DNA from: an uncultured Clostridia bacterium
Lineage (GTDB): Bacteria; Bacillota; Clostridia; UMGS1883
Direction of reading: 5' to 3'
NCBI GenBank assembly: GCA_947629005.1
Contig: CANRCD010000002.1
Span: 136,875 to 200,874 of the forward strand
DNA length: 64,000 nt
The translations under genes were made by a program, and so were the position numbers. The notes under the pieces were generated by a model. The model was not told the DNA's origin. It worked only from the letters and a program-made list of their open reading frames with translations, and searched no databases. Shown piece by piece: positions 1-8,024 of the stretch; position 1 is the first letter of the stretch; every line of letters begins with the position of its first letter.

Positions 1-2
1 CA

Positions 3-227
3 GGCGCGCCGCTGCTGGGACTGAGCGCCCTTATGACGACGACCGTCGTGAGCATGGAAAAAACGATAAAGGCCGTTCGCGAAAGCGGTCTCGGCTGCAA
101 GATAATGGTTGGAGGAGCAGTGCTGACCGAGAGCTACGCCATGGAGATTGGGGCAGATTACTACGCAAAGGACGCCCTTGTCAGCGTGGAGATAGCCAAT
201 TCGATTTTCGGAGGCGAAAAAGCGTGA
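3..227 (+). CDS. Cobalamin (B12)-binding domain protein, C-terminal fragment; 5' end lies outside the window
   Basis: Reading frame is open to the window edge. C-terminus reads ...GCKIMVGGAVLTESYAMEIGADYYAKDA, typical of the Rossmann-like B12-binding domain of corrinoid proteins and methyltransferases. Confidence 0.55.
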   Translation, partial: GAPLLGLSALMTTTVVSMEKTIKAVRESGLGCKIMVGGAVLTESYAMEIGADYYAKDALVSVEIANSIFGGEKA

Positions 228-244
228 GAAGAAAGGACAGGGAA

Positions 245-679
245 ATGCCCGCAGAGTTCGGGCTGGAGGTAATCGACAGGTGCAGTTACGGCGTGGCCGC
301 CATGACGGACGCGGACGGCGCGCCTTACGCCGTTGCGCTTAACCTTGTGCGCGACGGCTCGGCGCTCTACTTTCACTGCGCGATGGAGGGCAAAAAGACC
401 GATGCCCTTCGCCGCGACCCGCGAGTACACGTGTTTTTTGTGGCGAGCGAGCAGCCGCAGCGGGATAGGTTCACCACTCTTTACGAATCCGCCGCCGTCA
501 GCGGCACGGCCCGCGAGGTGACGGAAGAGGCCGAAAAGACGCGCGCGCTGAGGCTGCTCTGCGAAAAGCTGACGCCCGATAATATGCCCGCCTTTGACGC
601 GGCTGTTGAGAAAAGCCTCGTCCGCACAGCCGTCTGGCGGATAGACATCGGGGAGCTCACCGCCAAGCGCAAAGCGTAG
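245..679 (+). CDS. Pyridoxamine 5'-phosphate oxidase-family FMN-binding protein (NimA-like split barrel)
   Basis: About 145 aa. ATG at 245 is preceded by AAGGA; the track's GTG at 224 has no ribosome-binding site. Sequence resembles the PNPOx-like/general stress protein 26 family (…YFHCAMEGKKTDALRRDPRV…). Confidence 0.6.
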   Translation: MPAEFGLEVIDRCSYGVAAMTDADGAPYAVALNLVRDGSALYFHCAMEGKKTDALRRDPRVHVFFVASEQPQRDRFTTLYESAAVSGTAREVTEEAEKTRALRLLCEKLTPDNMPAFDAAVEKSLVRTAVWRIDIGELTAKRKA

Positions 680-706
680 TTAACAAGAATTTCACATTTA
701 CGGTAC

Positions 707-753
707 TTGAAAAAAGGCGACAACTGTGGTATTATTATAATACCACAGTTGTC
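707..753 (+). promoter_or_regulatory. Candidate sigma-A promoter (TTGAAA-17-TATTAT) embedded in a perfect 35-bp palindrome. Possible operator for the downstream carbohydrate-active enzyme gene, or terminator hairpin for the upstream gene.
   Basis: TTGAAA at 707-712, 17-nt spacer, TATTAT at 730-735. The palindrome GACAACTGTGGTATTAT-T-ATAATACCACAGTTGTC spans 719-753 with 17-bp perfect arms, followed by TTTTGT. It lies about 35-50 nt upstream of the ATG at 788. Confidence 0.35.
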
Positions 754-787
754 TTTTGTAAAAACGCCGAGTATGGAGGAAAATATA

Positions 788-3700
788 ATGAAACCAAAAA
801 AGCTTCTGGCCCTTATTCTGGCCCTTTCGCTCGCCCTTTCGCTTGTCCCCGCCTGGGAGGCTGCCGCCGCCGACATAGACAGCGGCCTAGTGCTGTACTA
901 CAGCTTCGATTCCGACCGCGGCGAGCCGCAGACGATAACCGATGACAGCGGGAAAGGCTATAACGGCGAGGTTTTGGTCGGCGAGGGCAGGGCCGAAGGC
1001 TTTATGGGACAGAACTATAGGAACGCCATCAGTGTTCAGAGCGGCGTCGCCCGCTTCCCCGGCAGCGAGACGGAAGTCCAATATCCGTGGGGGGAAACCG
1101 CGACGAGCTTTGCCCATGGCGCGGCGATAAAGATCCCGCATGGATTCAAGGACGAGCTTCCCGATTCCTACACCGTTTCCATGTGGATCAAGGCCGACAC
1201 GGGATACTCTTTGCACGACCAGCTTCAGCGCCTGTTCGACTTCGGCAGCGACTATTACGACAGCGCTTTCCTGCGCTACAGCAATAATGGTTTGTTCCGC
1301 TTCCAGGACCGCCGCGTCAGCAACGACGCCAACGCCTATGTCGAGGAAACAAGCGACGCCGCCGAGGGCAAGTGGGCTATGGCGACCGCCGTTTTTGATA
1401 CGGCCGCGAACACTGCCTCCGTATATGTAAACGGCAAGCTGCTCGTTGAAGAAAAAAAGAACTTTAAAACCATTTCGTCCCTTAGCGAAGCCAAGAATGG
1501 CCGCGCCCTTTTCATCGGCCGCACCCAGTGGTGGGATGACAGAAAGACGGAAACGCAGAAGCTGAACCCCGACTTCGGCGGATGGATGGACGAGGTGCGA
1601 GTTTACAGCCGCGCCCTTACGGCCGAGGACGTGGACGCCCTTTACGGGGCCACCTACCGCGCGCCCGATATGCAGCTCATAACATCCGGCACGGATATAA
1701 GCTTTAATGTGAAGCAGGGCGAAAGCCCCGAGCTCCCCACTGCTCTTGGCGTAACCATGGAGGACGGCACCACTAAAACGGCCTCCGTCATCTGGGACGA
1801 GGTGCCCGAGGAGCGGCTCGTCGAGGTCGGCCAGTTTACCGTCAGGGGAACCGTTACCCTTGATGACGGCACGGGCTACGGCAAAATTGCCGCCGCCAAC
1901 ATCACTGTCAACTCCGCCGACAGCAGCCTCGGCGAGGGGCTTGTGCTCTATTATTCCTTTGATAACGACTCCAACAGCCCCACCCAGATAACCGACGCCA
2001 GCGGCAACAGCCTCACGGGTCAAGTGATAAGCGGCGGTAGTCAGGGGGGGCCGGGCGGATGGCCCGGATGGAGTGAGCCGACCTCCGCGCTGACGGTCCA
2101 GAGCGCCACCCGCGGCAAGGTTGCAAACTTCCCCGGCGGCACCGCGAGAGGGAACAATAACTACACTAACGGCCCGGCGCTCAGTATCCCCGCTGGCATG
2201 ACCTCATACCTTCAGGATGGCAGCTTTACGGTTTCCATGTGGGTGAAACCCGACGGAAGCTATTCGATGAGCGGCTACCGGCAGAGGTTCTTCGACTTCG
2301 GCGACGGCGAGAAGAGCAGCGTATACCTGCGGTATATCGCGAGCGACGGTGAGATCATGTTCTGGGACAGGGACATCGGAGAAGACTCGGGAGCTAAACT
2401 GAATTTCCACCGTTCGCTTAATGACAGCTGGAACCTTGTGACCGTCACCAATGAGCGCGGCGGCGATACCGTCATATACATAAACGGCGAGGAGGCCGCG
2501 CGAACCGACCAGTTTAAGGACGTGGACATGGTCGGCCATATGGGAACGCCCTCCGGCAATTACGGCTTTTACCTCGGCCGCACCCAGTGGTGGAACGACG
2601 CCACCCTCAGCACCCGCAGGGATAATCCCGAATACCGCGGCTTTATGGACGAGGTGCGCATCTATGACCGCGCCATAAGCGAAAGCGAGATAAAAGAGCT
2701 TTACGCCACCACCTGCCCCGAGCCCATGACTGAGGTTGCCATAAGGCACGAGCTTGAGGACGGCACCTTGATACATTCCGAAACCGTCACCTTGAGCGAG
2801 GGCTCGGCCTATACCTACGACGCGCCCGCCACCGTGGAGCATGACGGCGTGACGTACAACCTCTACCGCGATAAGTCCAAGCTGCATATCGACGCGGTTG
2901 GTTCCGCGAACAACACCATAACTGCGGTCTACACCGTTAAAACCTACACGGGCTATTCCGTAGACGGCGTTGATGCCTATATAAACACCAAGCCCCAGCT
3001 TCCCTCCACGGTGGAGCTCCAATACAGTAACGGCGACACTGAGCAGGCCGACGCAGAGTGGCTTGACGTGCCCGAAAACGGCTGGAGCACGCCCGATACG
3101 TACACTGTGAAGGGCACCGCCGGCGGCCGCGATGTTGAGATCACGGTCGATGTATACAGCATAACCGGCACCGACCTTGACGACACGTTTATCGTCGACT
3201 TCGGCATGAAACCCGAGCTACCCGCCGTTGTGCTGGTTTACACCTCCAACAATAGAACGCTCACCTCGACAGTGATGTGGGACGCCCTTCCAGAGAATAA
3301 GATACGGAATAACGAGGACTTCACGGCCACTGGCCGCCTCGCGGACTACCCCGACTTCAAGGTGCAGACCGAGGTGCAGTTTATGTTCCGCGGCAACGGA
3401 AGCGTGGAGGTCGTGGCCGATGCCTATATCAATGAGGATGCGGCTCTGGAAAGCTACGGCGGCAGCGAGGACCTTCAGCTCACCAGCACGGCGGGCAGCG
3501 GCCACGCCCAATACGACAGATATGTTCTGCTGCGCTTCCCGAAGGTAGGCATGAATGTCATTGACGCAAAGCTCCGTCTCTACATGAACAAAATCAACAA
3601 CAATGCGGACACCGATTACAGCCTGTACTCCTTTGACGGGGTAGGCGAAAACCTCGGTTTGTGGGACGAAAACCAGATTCGCTATGCGGACTGGGTCGAG

Positions 3701-6622
3701 CTGTACGAGAGCAGTTTAAGCCCAGACCCCATAGCTTCGGCCTCCTTTTCGCCCAGCTACGACCAGCAGGATGTCAACGACTGGATAGAGTTCGACATCA
3801 CCGACTTCGTCAACGAAAACGCCGCTTATGATGACGGCGAATATTTCAACTTTTACCTCGAGGCCAGCACCTGCGCAACGTATTTCAGCTCCCGCGAGGG
3901 CGCCGAGCCGCCGGTAATAGAATACACAATCGACGGTAATATCAAGCCCGTTAACTATGTCGCCGAGGACGGCGAGGTCGTCAGCGCCGAGCTTACTCCC
4001 GCAACTAACTCGGGCCCGTTCAGCTACTACGGCCAGCCCTTCGCGGAGGGCGGCAAGATCTATGTGCCGACAGATCACTTCTTCGCCGAGAATATAGCGG
4101 ACCACGACGCGATCGAGATCCCCGTCGCTGCCATTACCGAGACGATTGAGATAAGACCCCTGCCCGAGATGACTGTATATACCGACGAGGCCGTCGTGCT
4201 CCCGGCCGAGGTCACCGTAAGCTGGAACAGTGAGAGCTTCGCGAGTTCCGGCAGCCTTGAGGTGCCCGTCACGTTTGAGGAGACCGACTTCGCCTCCGCC
4301 GGCGTTTACGATGTTGCGGGCGACGCCGCGGGCTTCACCGTTGAACAGCGGGTAAAGGCCTATGAGCCTTATTATAACACGAGCGGCAGCCGCAGCGGCT
4401 ACGGCTCGGTGATATACCACTTATATAAGAACGCCGTCGGCGAGACCATAGCCGACAGGGGCAAGATCGTCGTCAGACAGGGAAGCGAATACTCCGGCGC
4501 CGGCGAGTATCTGAACTACTATCCGCAGATAAAGGACCCTGCCGTCACGAGCTATTCCGACTATTCAGACAATTACGTCGACCGTCCCTTTAAGCCATTT
4601 ATTGCCAGCGAGCCCGTCTACAGCGTCACCGTTCAGGGCGAGCTTACGGACGGCGTCAGCGGCAGGACCGAGGCCGCTCTCAGCTACGGCGACGATGATA
4701 GCTACACTCTTTCGATCGGTGCCGTGGCGGCAAACACCGCGGACGAAAAGGGCGATGCAAGGCTTATCGTAGTGAGCTTCGAGAACGATCTTCCCGCAAA
4801 AGTGCTATATAACGAGCCCGTCAGCCTACCGGCATCTATGAAGGACCGCACCGAGCTGGAGCCCTACGTTCTTGAAGGCTACACCTACGGCGATGATATC
4901 CGCGCCTACCTGTGGCAGGGCGACAACCTGCGCCCGCTGACGGACGTTGTGTTCGCCTCGGAGCTGCCGGAGCCCTCCTTAAGCGAGGAGGTTCTGGCCC
5001 TTATCCCCAAATACGACGACGTTAAGGAGAACGTTCTCCGTGCCAACGACTACCGCCAGAGAACGTGGAGCTATAATATGCAGGTTAACGGCATTGACCT
5101 TGCCTTCTGGGATACCGCCACCTACCACACCGGAAACATGGAGACCTATTTCACCTTTGGCGGCGATAACTATCTCCAATACTCGCTGAACTGGGCCGAC
5201 ACCAACGGCTGGCAGGGCAATAACTACAGCGGCGGCAAGGATGGATGGACATGGGGTTACAACCAGAACCAGGGCAGCAATGCCGTGCTTTTCGGAGACT
5301 GGCAGATCTGCTTCCAGACTTATATTGACCTCTATATGCTTGACGAGGATAAGAACGAAGGCAAGGTCGACCGCGCCAAGGATGTTATGAGCTACCAGAT
5401 AACCAAAACAAACGACGACTTCTGGTGGTGGGCCGACGCGCTCTACATGGTGCCGCCCGTAATGACGAAGATGTACCTTCTGACAGGCAATGAGGAATAT
5501 CTTGAAAAGATGTATCAATACTACCGCTTCGCGGCCGAGCTGATGTATGACGGTGACTGCGGAATTCCCAACGACGGCGAGGAGTATACCACAAGCGCCG
5601 AAAACAACAAGAAGAGCGGCGCAGCCCCATCCGACCCGGACAACTACGCCAACCTGTTCTTCCGTGACAATAACTACGTGTATCCGCTTAACACCATAAA
5701 CGGCACAAAGAATTTCTGGGCCCGCGGTAACGGATGGGTATTCGCCGGCCTCGCCAAGATATTAAGCGATGTGCCCACGGACTACGAGCACAGGGGCTAT
5801 TTTGAAAATCTCTATCTTGAAATGGCAAAGGCCATAATTGACTGCCAGCACGTGGACGGCGAGGGCCGCGGCTTCTGGACGCAGTCCATGTTGGCCGACT
5901 ATCCCAAGGGCAACAATGGCAACAGCTGGGGATACGAGACCAGCGGCACAGCCTTCTTTACCTACGGCCTGTTCTGGGGCTTGAACAGCGGCCTGCTCGA
6001 CGAGCGCGAATACCTTGAGCCCGCGCTCCGCGGCTGGAAGTATCTCAGCGAGGTAGCCCTTCAGGACAGCGGTAAGGTTGGCTACTGCCAGGAGATCGGC
6101 TCCAACGCAACACAGGCGACCCCCGACTGGCGCGACCAGCCCTTCGGCTACGGCGCGTTCCTGCTCGCGGGCTGCGAGCTAAGCCGCTATGTCGGCGGCG
6201 TGACCGAAAACAACGCGGCCTACCTTAAGCGCAAGCTTTGGGGCGGCAGCGCCGCCTCCGACGCCGGAAAGTATTATAAGGACGGCGCCGTCACCGAGGG
6301 CGCGCCCCTTATGACCGACGACTCCGGCGAGTTGTGGATACCGCTGGACGGCCTCGCTCCTCTCCTCGGCGGAAGCTATTCCGACAGCGGCAGCGGCACG
6401 GTGCTCGTGGGCTTTGGCAACGAATCAAGAACGGTTTCCGGCAGCGACCTCAAGGAGGAGGGCGGAGTGAAATACCTTCGCGGTTCCATTGCGACGGAGC
6501 TTTCCGGCAAATACGCCTCATCCTACGGCGGCGTGACGGTGTTCAGCCATAAGGCTGCGGACGATTTGTTCTACGACTGTGACGAAAAGACAATAGAGTA
6601 TCTTCAGAGCCTGCTTGGCTGA
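788..6622 (+). CDS. Giant secreted multidomain carbohydrate-active enzyme: signal peptide, two LamG/ConA-like lectin domains, Ig-like domains, a DNRLRE-like domain, a GH105/GH88-like six-hairpin unsaturated-glycuronyl hydrolase domain, and a C-terminal copper-amine-oxidase-N-like domain
   Basis: ATG at 788 with GGAGG 8 nt upstream; the track's start at 707 is a TTG inside the promoter. Signal peptide MKPKKLLALILALSLALSLVPAWEAAAA. The block LVLYYSFD…DxSGxGxNG…W(V/I)K occurs twice (LamG_3-like). Motif YDRYVLLRFPK…AKLRLYMNK fits DNRLRE. Motifs WWWADALYMVPP…FWARGNGWVFAGLA match the GH105/GH88 catalytic domain. Confidence 0.85.
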   Translation: MKPKKLLALILALSLALSLVPAWEAAAADIDSGLVLYYSFDSDRGEPQTITDDSGKGYNGEVLVGEGRAEGFMGQNYRNAISVQSGVARFPGSETEVQYPWGETATSFAHGAAIKIPHGFKDELPDSYTVSMWIKADTGYSLHDQLQRLFDFGSDYYDSAFLRYSNNGLFRFQDRRVSNDANAYVEETSDAAEGKWAMATAVFDTAANTASVYVNGKLLVEEKKNFKTISSLSEAKNGRALFIGRTQWWDDRKTETQKLNPDFGGWMDEVRVYSRALTAEDVDALYGATYRAPDMQLITSGTDISFNVKQGESPELPTALGVTMEDGTTKTASVIWDEVPEERLVEVGQFTVRGTVTLDDGTGYGKIAAANITVNSADSSLGEGLVLYYSFDNDSNSPTQITDASGNSLTGQVISGGSQGGPGGWPGWSEPTSALTVQSATRGKVANFPGGTARGNNNYTNGPALSIPAGMTSYLQDGSFTVSMWVKPDGSYSMSGYRQRFFDFGDGEKSSVYLRYIASDGEIMFWDRDIGEDSGAKLNFHRSLNDSWNLVTVTNERGGDTVIYINGEEAARTDQFKDVDMVGHMGTPSGNYGFYLGRTQWWNDATLSTRRDNPEYRGFMDEVRIYDRAISESEIKELYATTCPEPMTEVAIRHELEDGTLIHSETVTLSEGSAYTYDAPATVEHDGVTYNLYRDKSKLHIDAVGSANNTITAVYTVKTYTGYSVDGVDAYINTKPQLPSTVELQYSNGDTEQADAEWLDVPENGWSTPDTYTVKGTAGGRDVEITVDVYSITGTDLDDTFIVDFGMKPELPAVVLVYTSNNRTLTSTVMWDALPENKIRNNEDFTATGRLADYPDFKVQTEVQFMFRGNGSVEVVADAYINEDAALESYGGSEDLQLTSTAGSGHAQYDRYVLLRFPKVGMNVIDAKLRLYMNKINNNADTDYSLYSFDGVGENLGLWDENQIRYADWVELYESSLSPDPIASASFSPSYDQQDVNDWIEFDITDFVNENAAYDDGEYFNFYLEASTCATYFSSREGAEPPVIEYTIDGNIKPVNYVAEDGEVVSAELTPATNSGPFSYYGQPFAEGGKIYVPTDHFFAENIADHDAIEIPVAAITETIEIRPLPEMTVYTDEAVVLPAEVTVSWNSESFASSGSLEVPVTFEETDFASAGVYDVAGDAAGFTVEQRVKAYEPYYNTSGSRSGYGSVIYHLYKNAVGETIADRGKIVVRQGSEYSGAGEYLNYYPQIKDPAVTSYSDYSDNYVDRPFKPFIASEPVYSVTVQGELTDGVSGRTEAALSYGDDDSYTLSIGAVAANTADEKGDARLIVVSFENDLPAKVLYNEPVSLPASMKDRTELEPYVLEGYTYGDDIRAYLWQGDNLRPLTDVVFASELPEPSLSEEVLALIPKYDDVKENVLRANDYRQRTWSYNMQVNGIDLAFWDTATYHTGNMETYFTFGGDNYLQYSLNWADTNGWQGNNYSGGKDGWTWGYNQNQGSNAVLFGDWQICFQTYIDLYMLDEDKNEGKVDRAKDVMSYQITKTNDDFWWWADALYMVPPVMTKMYLLTGNEEYLEKMYQYYRFAAELMYDGDCGIPNDGEEYTTSAENNKKSGAAPSDPDNYANLFFRDNNYVYPLNTINGTKNFWARGNGWVFAGLAKILSDVPTDYEHRGYFENLYLEMAKAIIDCQHVDGEGRGFWTQSMLADYPKGNNGNSWGYETSGTAFFTYGLFWGLNSGLLDEREYLEPALRGWKYLSEVALQDSGKVGYCQEIGSNATQATPDWRDQPFGYGAFLLAGCELSRYVGGVTENNAAYLKRKLWGGSAASDAGKYYKDGAVTEGAPLMTDDSGELWIPLDGLAPLLGGSYSDSGSGTVLVGFGNESRTVSGSDLKEEGGVKYLRGSIATELSGKYASSYGGVTVFSHKAADDLFYDCDEKTIEYLQSLLG

Positions 6623-6648
6623 GGGTAAGATAAGCACAAAAATTGTAA

Positions 6649-6680
6649 GGGCGGCCCGTAGTGGCCGCCCATGCCTTTCT
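6649..6680 (+). terminator. Rho-independent terminator after the giant carbohydrate-active enzyme gene
   Basis: GGGCGGCC-cgtagt-GGCCGCCC hairpin followed by a T-rich stretch ATGCCTTTCT. Confidence 0.5.
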
Positions 6681-6749
6681 GTGGCGGGGCGGTTATGCGC
6701 GTATTTATGCGGCCCCCTGCATTATTTTCAAAAAAATCTAAAAAAGGTC

Positions 6750-6778
6750 TTGACAAGGCGTGCTTTTTATGCTAATAT
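6750..6778 (+). promoter_or_regulatory. Sigma-A promoter of the tRNA operon (TTGACA-17-TAATAT)
   Basis: Consensus -35 TTGACA at 6750-6755, 17-nt spacer, TAATAT at 6773-6778. Sits about 70 nt upstream of tRNA-Thr, with an A-rich UP-like tract upstream. Confidence 0.6.
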
Positions 6779-6845
6779 ATTTATCGTTCCGGATGTAGCG
6801 GACGGGCCGAGCGGCTCAAGGCAAAGACGGGCGGAATGTCAATTT

Positions 6846-6921
6846 GCCGGTTTAGCTCAATTGGTAGAGCAGCTGATTTGTAATCAGCAGGTCGTAGGTT
6901 CGAGTCCTATAACCGGCTCCA
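6846..6921 (+). tRNA. tRNA-Thr (anticodon UGU)
   Basis: 76 nt and folds as a cloverleaf: acceptor GCCGGTT/AACCGGC, D-arm GCTC-AATTGGTA-GAGC, anticodon arm GCTGA-TTTGTAA-TCAGC, T-arm GTAGG-TTCGAGT-CCTAT. The CCA end is encoded. Confidence 0.9.
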
Positions 6922-6924
6922 TAA

Positions 6925-7009
6925 GGAGGAGTTCCCGAGCGGCCAAAGGGGGCAGACTGTAAATCTGTTGTCTCTGACTTCGGTGGTTCGAATCCACCCT
7001 CCTCCACCA
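6925..7009 (+). tRNA. tRNA-Tyr (anticodon GUA), type II with long variable arm
   Basis: 85 nt. Acceptor GGAGGAG/CTCCTCC, anticodon arm GCAGA-CTGTAAA-TCTGT, long variable arm, T-arm GGTGG-TTCGAAT-CCACC. CCA end is encoded. Confidence 0.88.
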
Positions 7010-7010
7010 C

Positions 7011-7047
7011 GTCGTCGCAAGCGTCGCTTCGCTTGCGACGACTTTTT
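7011..7047 (+). terminator. Rho-independent terminator of the tRNA operon
   Basis: 13-bp stem GTCGTCGCAAGCG/CGCTTGCGACGAC with loop TCGCTT, followed by TTTTT. Confidence 0.7.
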
Positions 7048-7265
7048 ATGCTTCGCAAAAAAGCCGTCGTTTGGCTTGCTCCGCTGCTCCTCCTTTTCCG
7101 AAAAAATTGTTGCACAATTTTTTCGGGCGAGCCGCCTTTGGCGGCATTAAAGCAAAGCCTGTCTTTGCTCCGACGCTTTTTTCTGCGAAAAAAACGTCGT
7201 CGCGCGAAGGCTTGCTCCTCCTTTTCCGAAAAAATTGTTTCGCAATTTTTCGGGCGCGCCGCCGG
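7048..7265. repeat. Two tandem copies (A about 7048-7145, B about 7150-7262) of a roughly 100-bp structured intergenic repeat. A third copy lies at about 26999-27112.
   Basis: Shared core: GCAAAGCCyGTCTTTGCT..GACGyTTTTTTCTkmGAAAAAAayGTCGTCGC....GGCTTGCyCCTCCTTTT. Copies A and B add CCGAAAAAATTGTT.C.CAATTTTT(T)CGGGCG.GCCGCC. Every segment is an inverted repeat; no start codon follows the internal AAAAGGAGG on either strand. Confidence 0.6.
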
Positions 7266-7352
7266 AAGGACCCAATAACATAAAACAACCTCGTGCCACA
7301 CGGGAGCAAAGCGGAGGCTTTGCTCTTTTCAGTTTATAAAGGAGTGTTCACT

Positions 7353-7964
7353 ATGAAATCCATGACGATACTTTACCCATATCACGGCAATCTCTACGTA
7401 AATCTCACCAACCGCTGCCCCTGCCGCTGCACCTTCTGCCTGAGGCAGGGCCGCGACGAAATGGACGGCAGCGGCAGTCTGTGGCTGGAGCACGAGCCCT
7501 CAGCGGCCGAGGTAATTGCCGAGTTCGCAAAATTCGACATGACGTCCTTCGGCGAGTTGGTATTCTGCGGCTTCGGCGAGCCGACCGAACGGCTCGATAC
7601 GCTGCTGGAGGTGGCACAGTACGCCAAGGCGCATTTCTCGCTGCCGGTGCGCGTCAACACCAACGGCCTCGGGGATTTGATAAACGGCAAAAGCACCGCT
7701 CCGCTGTACGAAGGCAAGGTAGACACGGTTTCAATAAGCCTCAACACCCCTGACGCCGACGAATACCTCCGCTTGACGCGCAGCCGCTTCGGCGAGGAGT
7801 CGTTCCCCGCGCTGCTGCGCTTTGCGGGCGAAGTGAAAAAATACGTGAAAAGCGTTGTGCTTACCACCGTTTCGACCACTATAACCCCCGAGCAGGAGGA
7901 GCTCTGCCGCGCTATCTGCGCGGAGCTGGGAGTGAGCTACAGAATAAGGCCCTACGAGGATTGA
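7353..7964 (+). CDS. Radical SAM protein of the small TatD-associated type (TIGR04038-like)
   Basis: ATG at 7353 with AAAGGAG 7 nt upstream. N-terminal cluster NLTNRCPCRCTFC (CxxxCxxC-type); about 200 aa. The family assignment is from memory of the motif spacing. Confidence 0.7.
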   Translation: MKSMTILYPYHGNLYVNLTNRCPCRCTFCLRQGRDEMDGSGSLWLEHEPSAAEVIAEFAKFDMTSFGELVFCGFGEPTERLDTLLEVAQYAKAHFSLPVRVNTNGLGDLINGKSTAPLYEGKVDTVSISLNTPDADEYLRLTRSRFGEESFPALLRFAGEVKKYVKSVVLTTVSTTITPEQEELCRAICAELGVSYRIRPYED

Positions 7965-7989
7965 CAAATGTAAAAAACAGTGGTATAAT
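7961..7989 (+). promoter_or_regulatory. Sigma-A promoter TTGACA-17-TATAAT for the 8025 gene
   Basis: Perfect consensus hexamers with 17-nt spacing. It overlaps the stop codon of the radical SAM gene. Confidence 0.6.
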
Positions 7990-8024
7990 TTAGATATAAA
8001 TTTGCGCGAAAGGACTGATTACCT

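Noticed and set aside
719-753. 35-bp palindrome as the terminal inverted repeat of a mobile element
   Set aside because: There is no transposase, no second copy in the window and no target-site duplication. It is better explained as an operator or terminator.
6615-6962. 115-aa ORF spanning both tRNA genes
   Set aside because: It overlaps tRNA-Thr and tRNA-Tyr, which fold perfectly. It has no ribosome-binding site and is an artefact.
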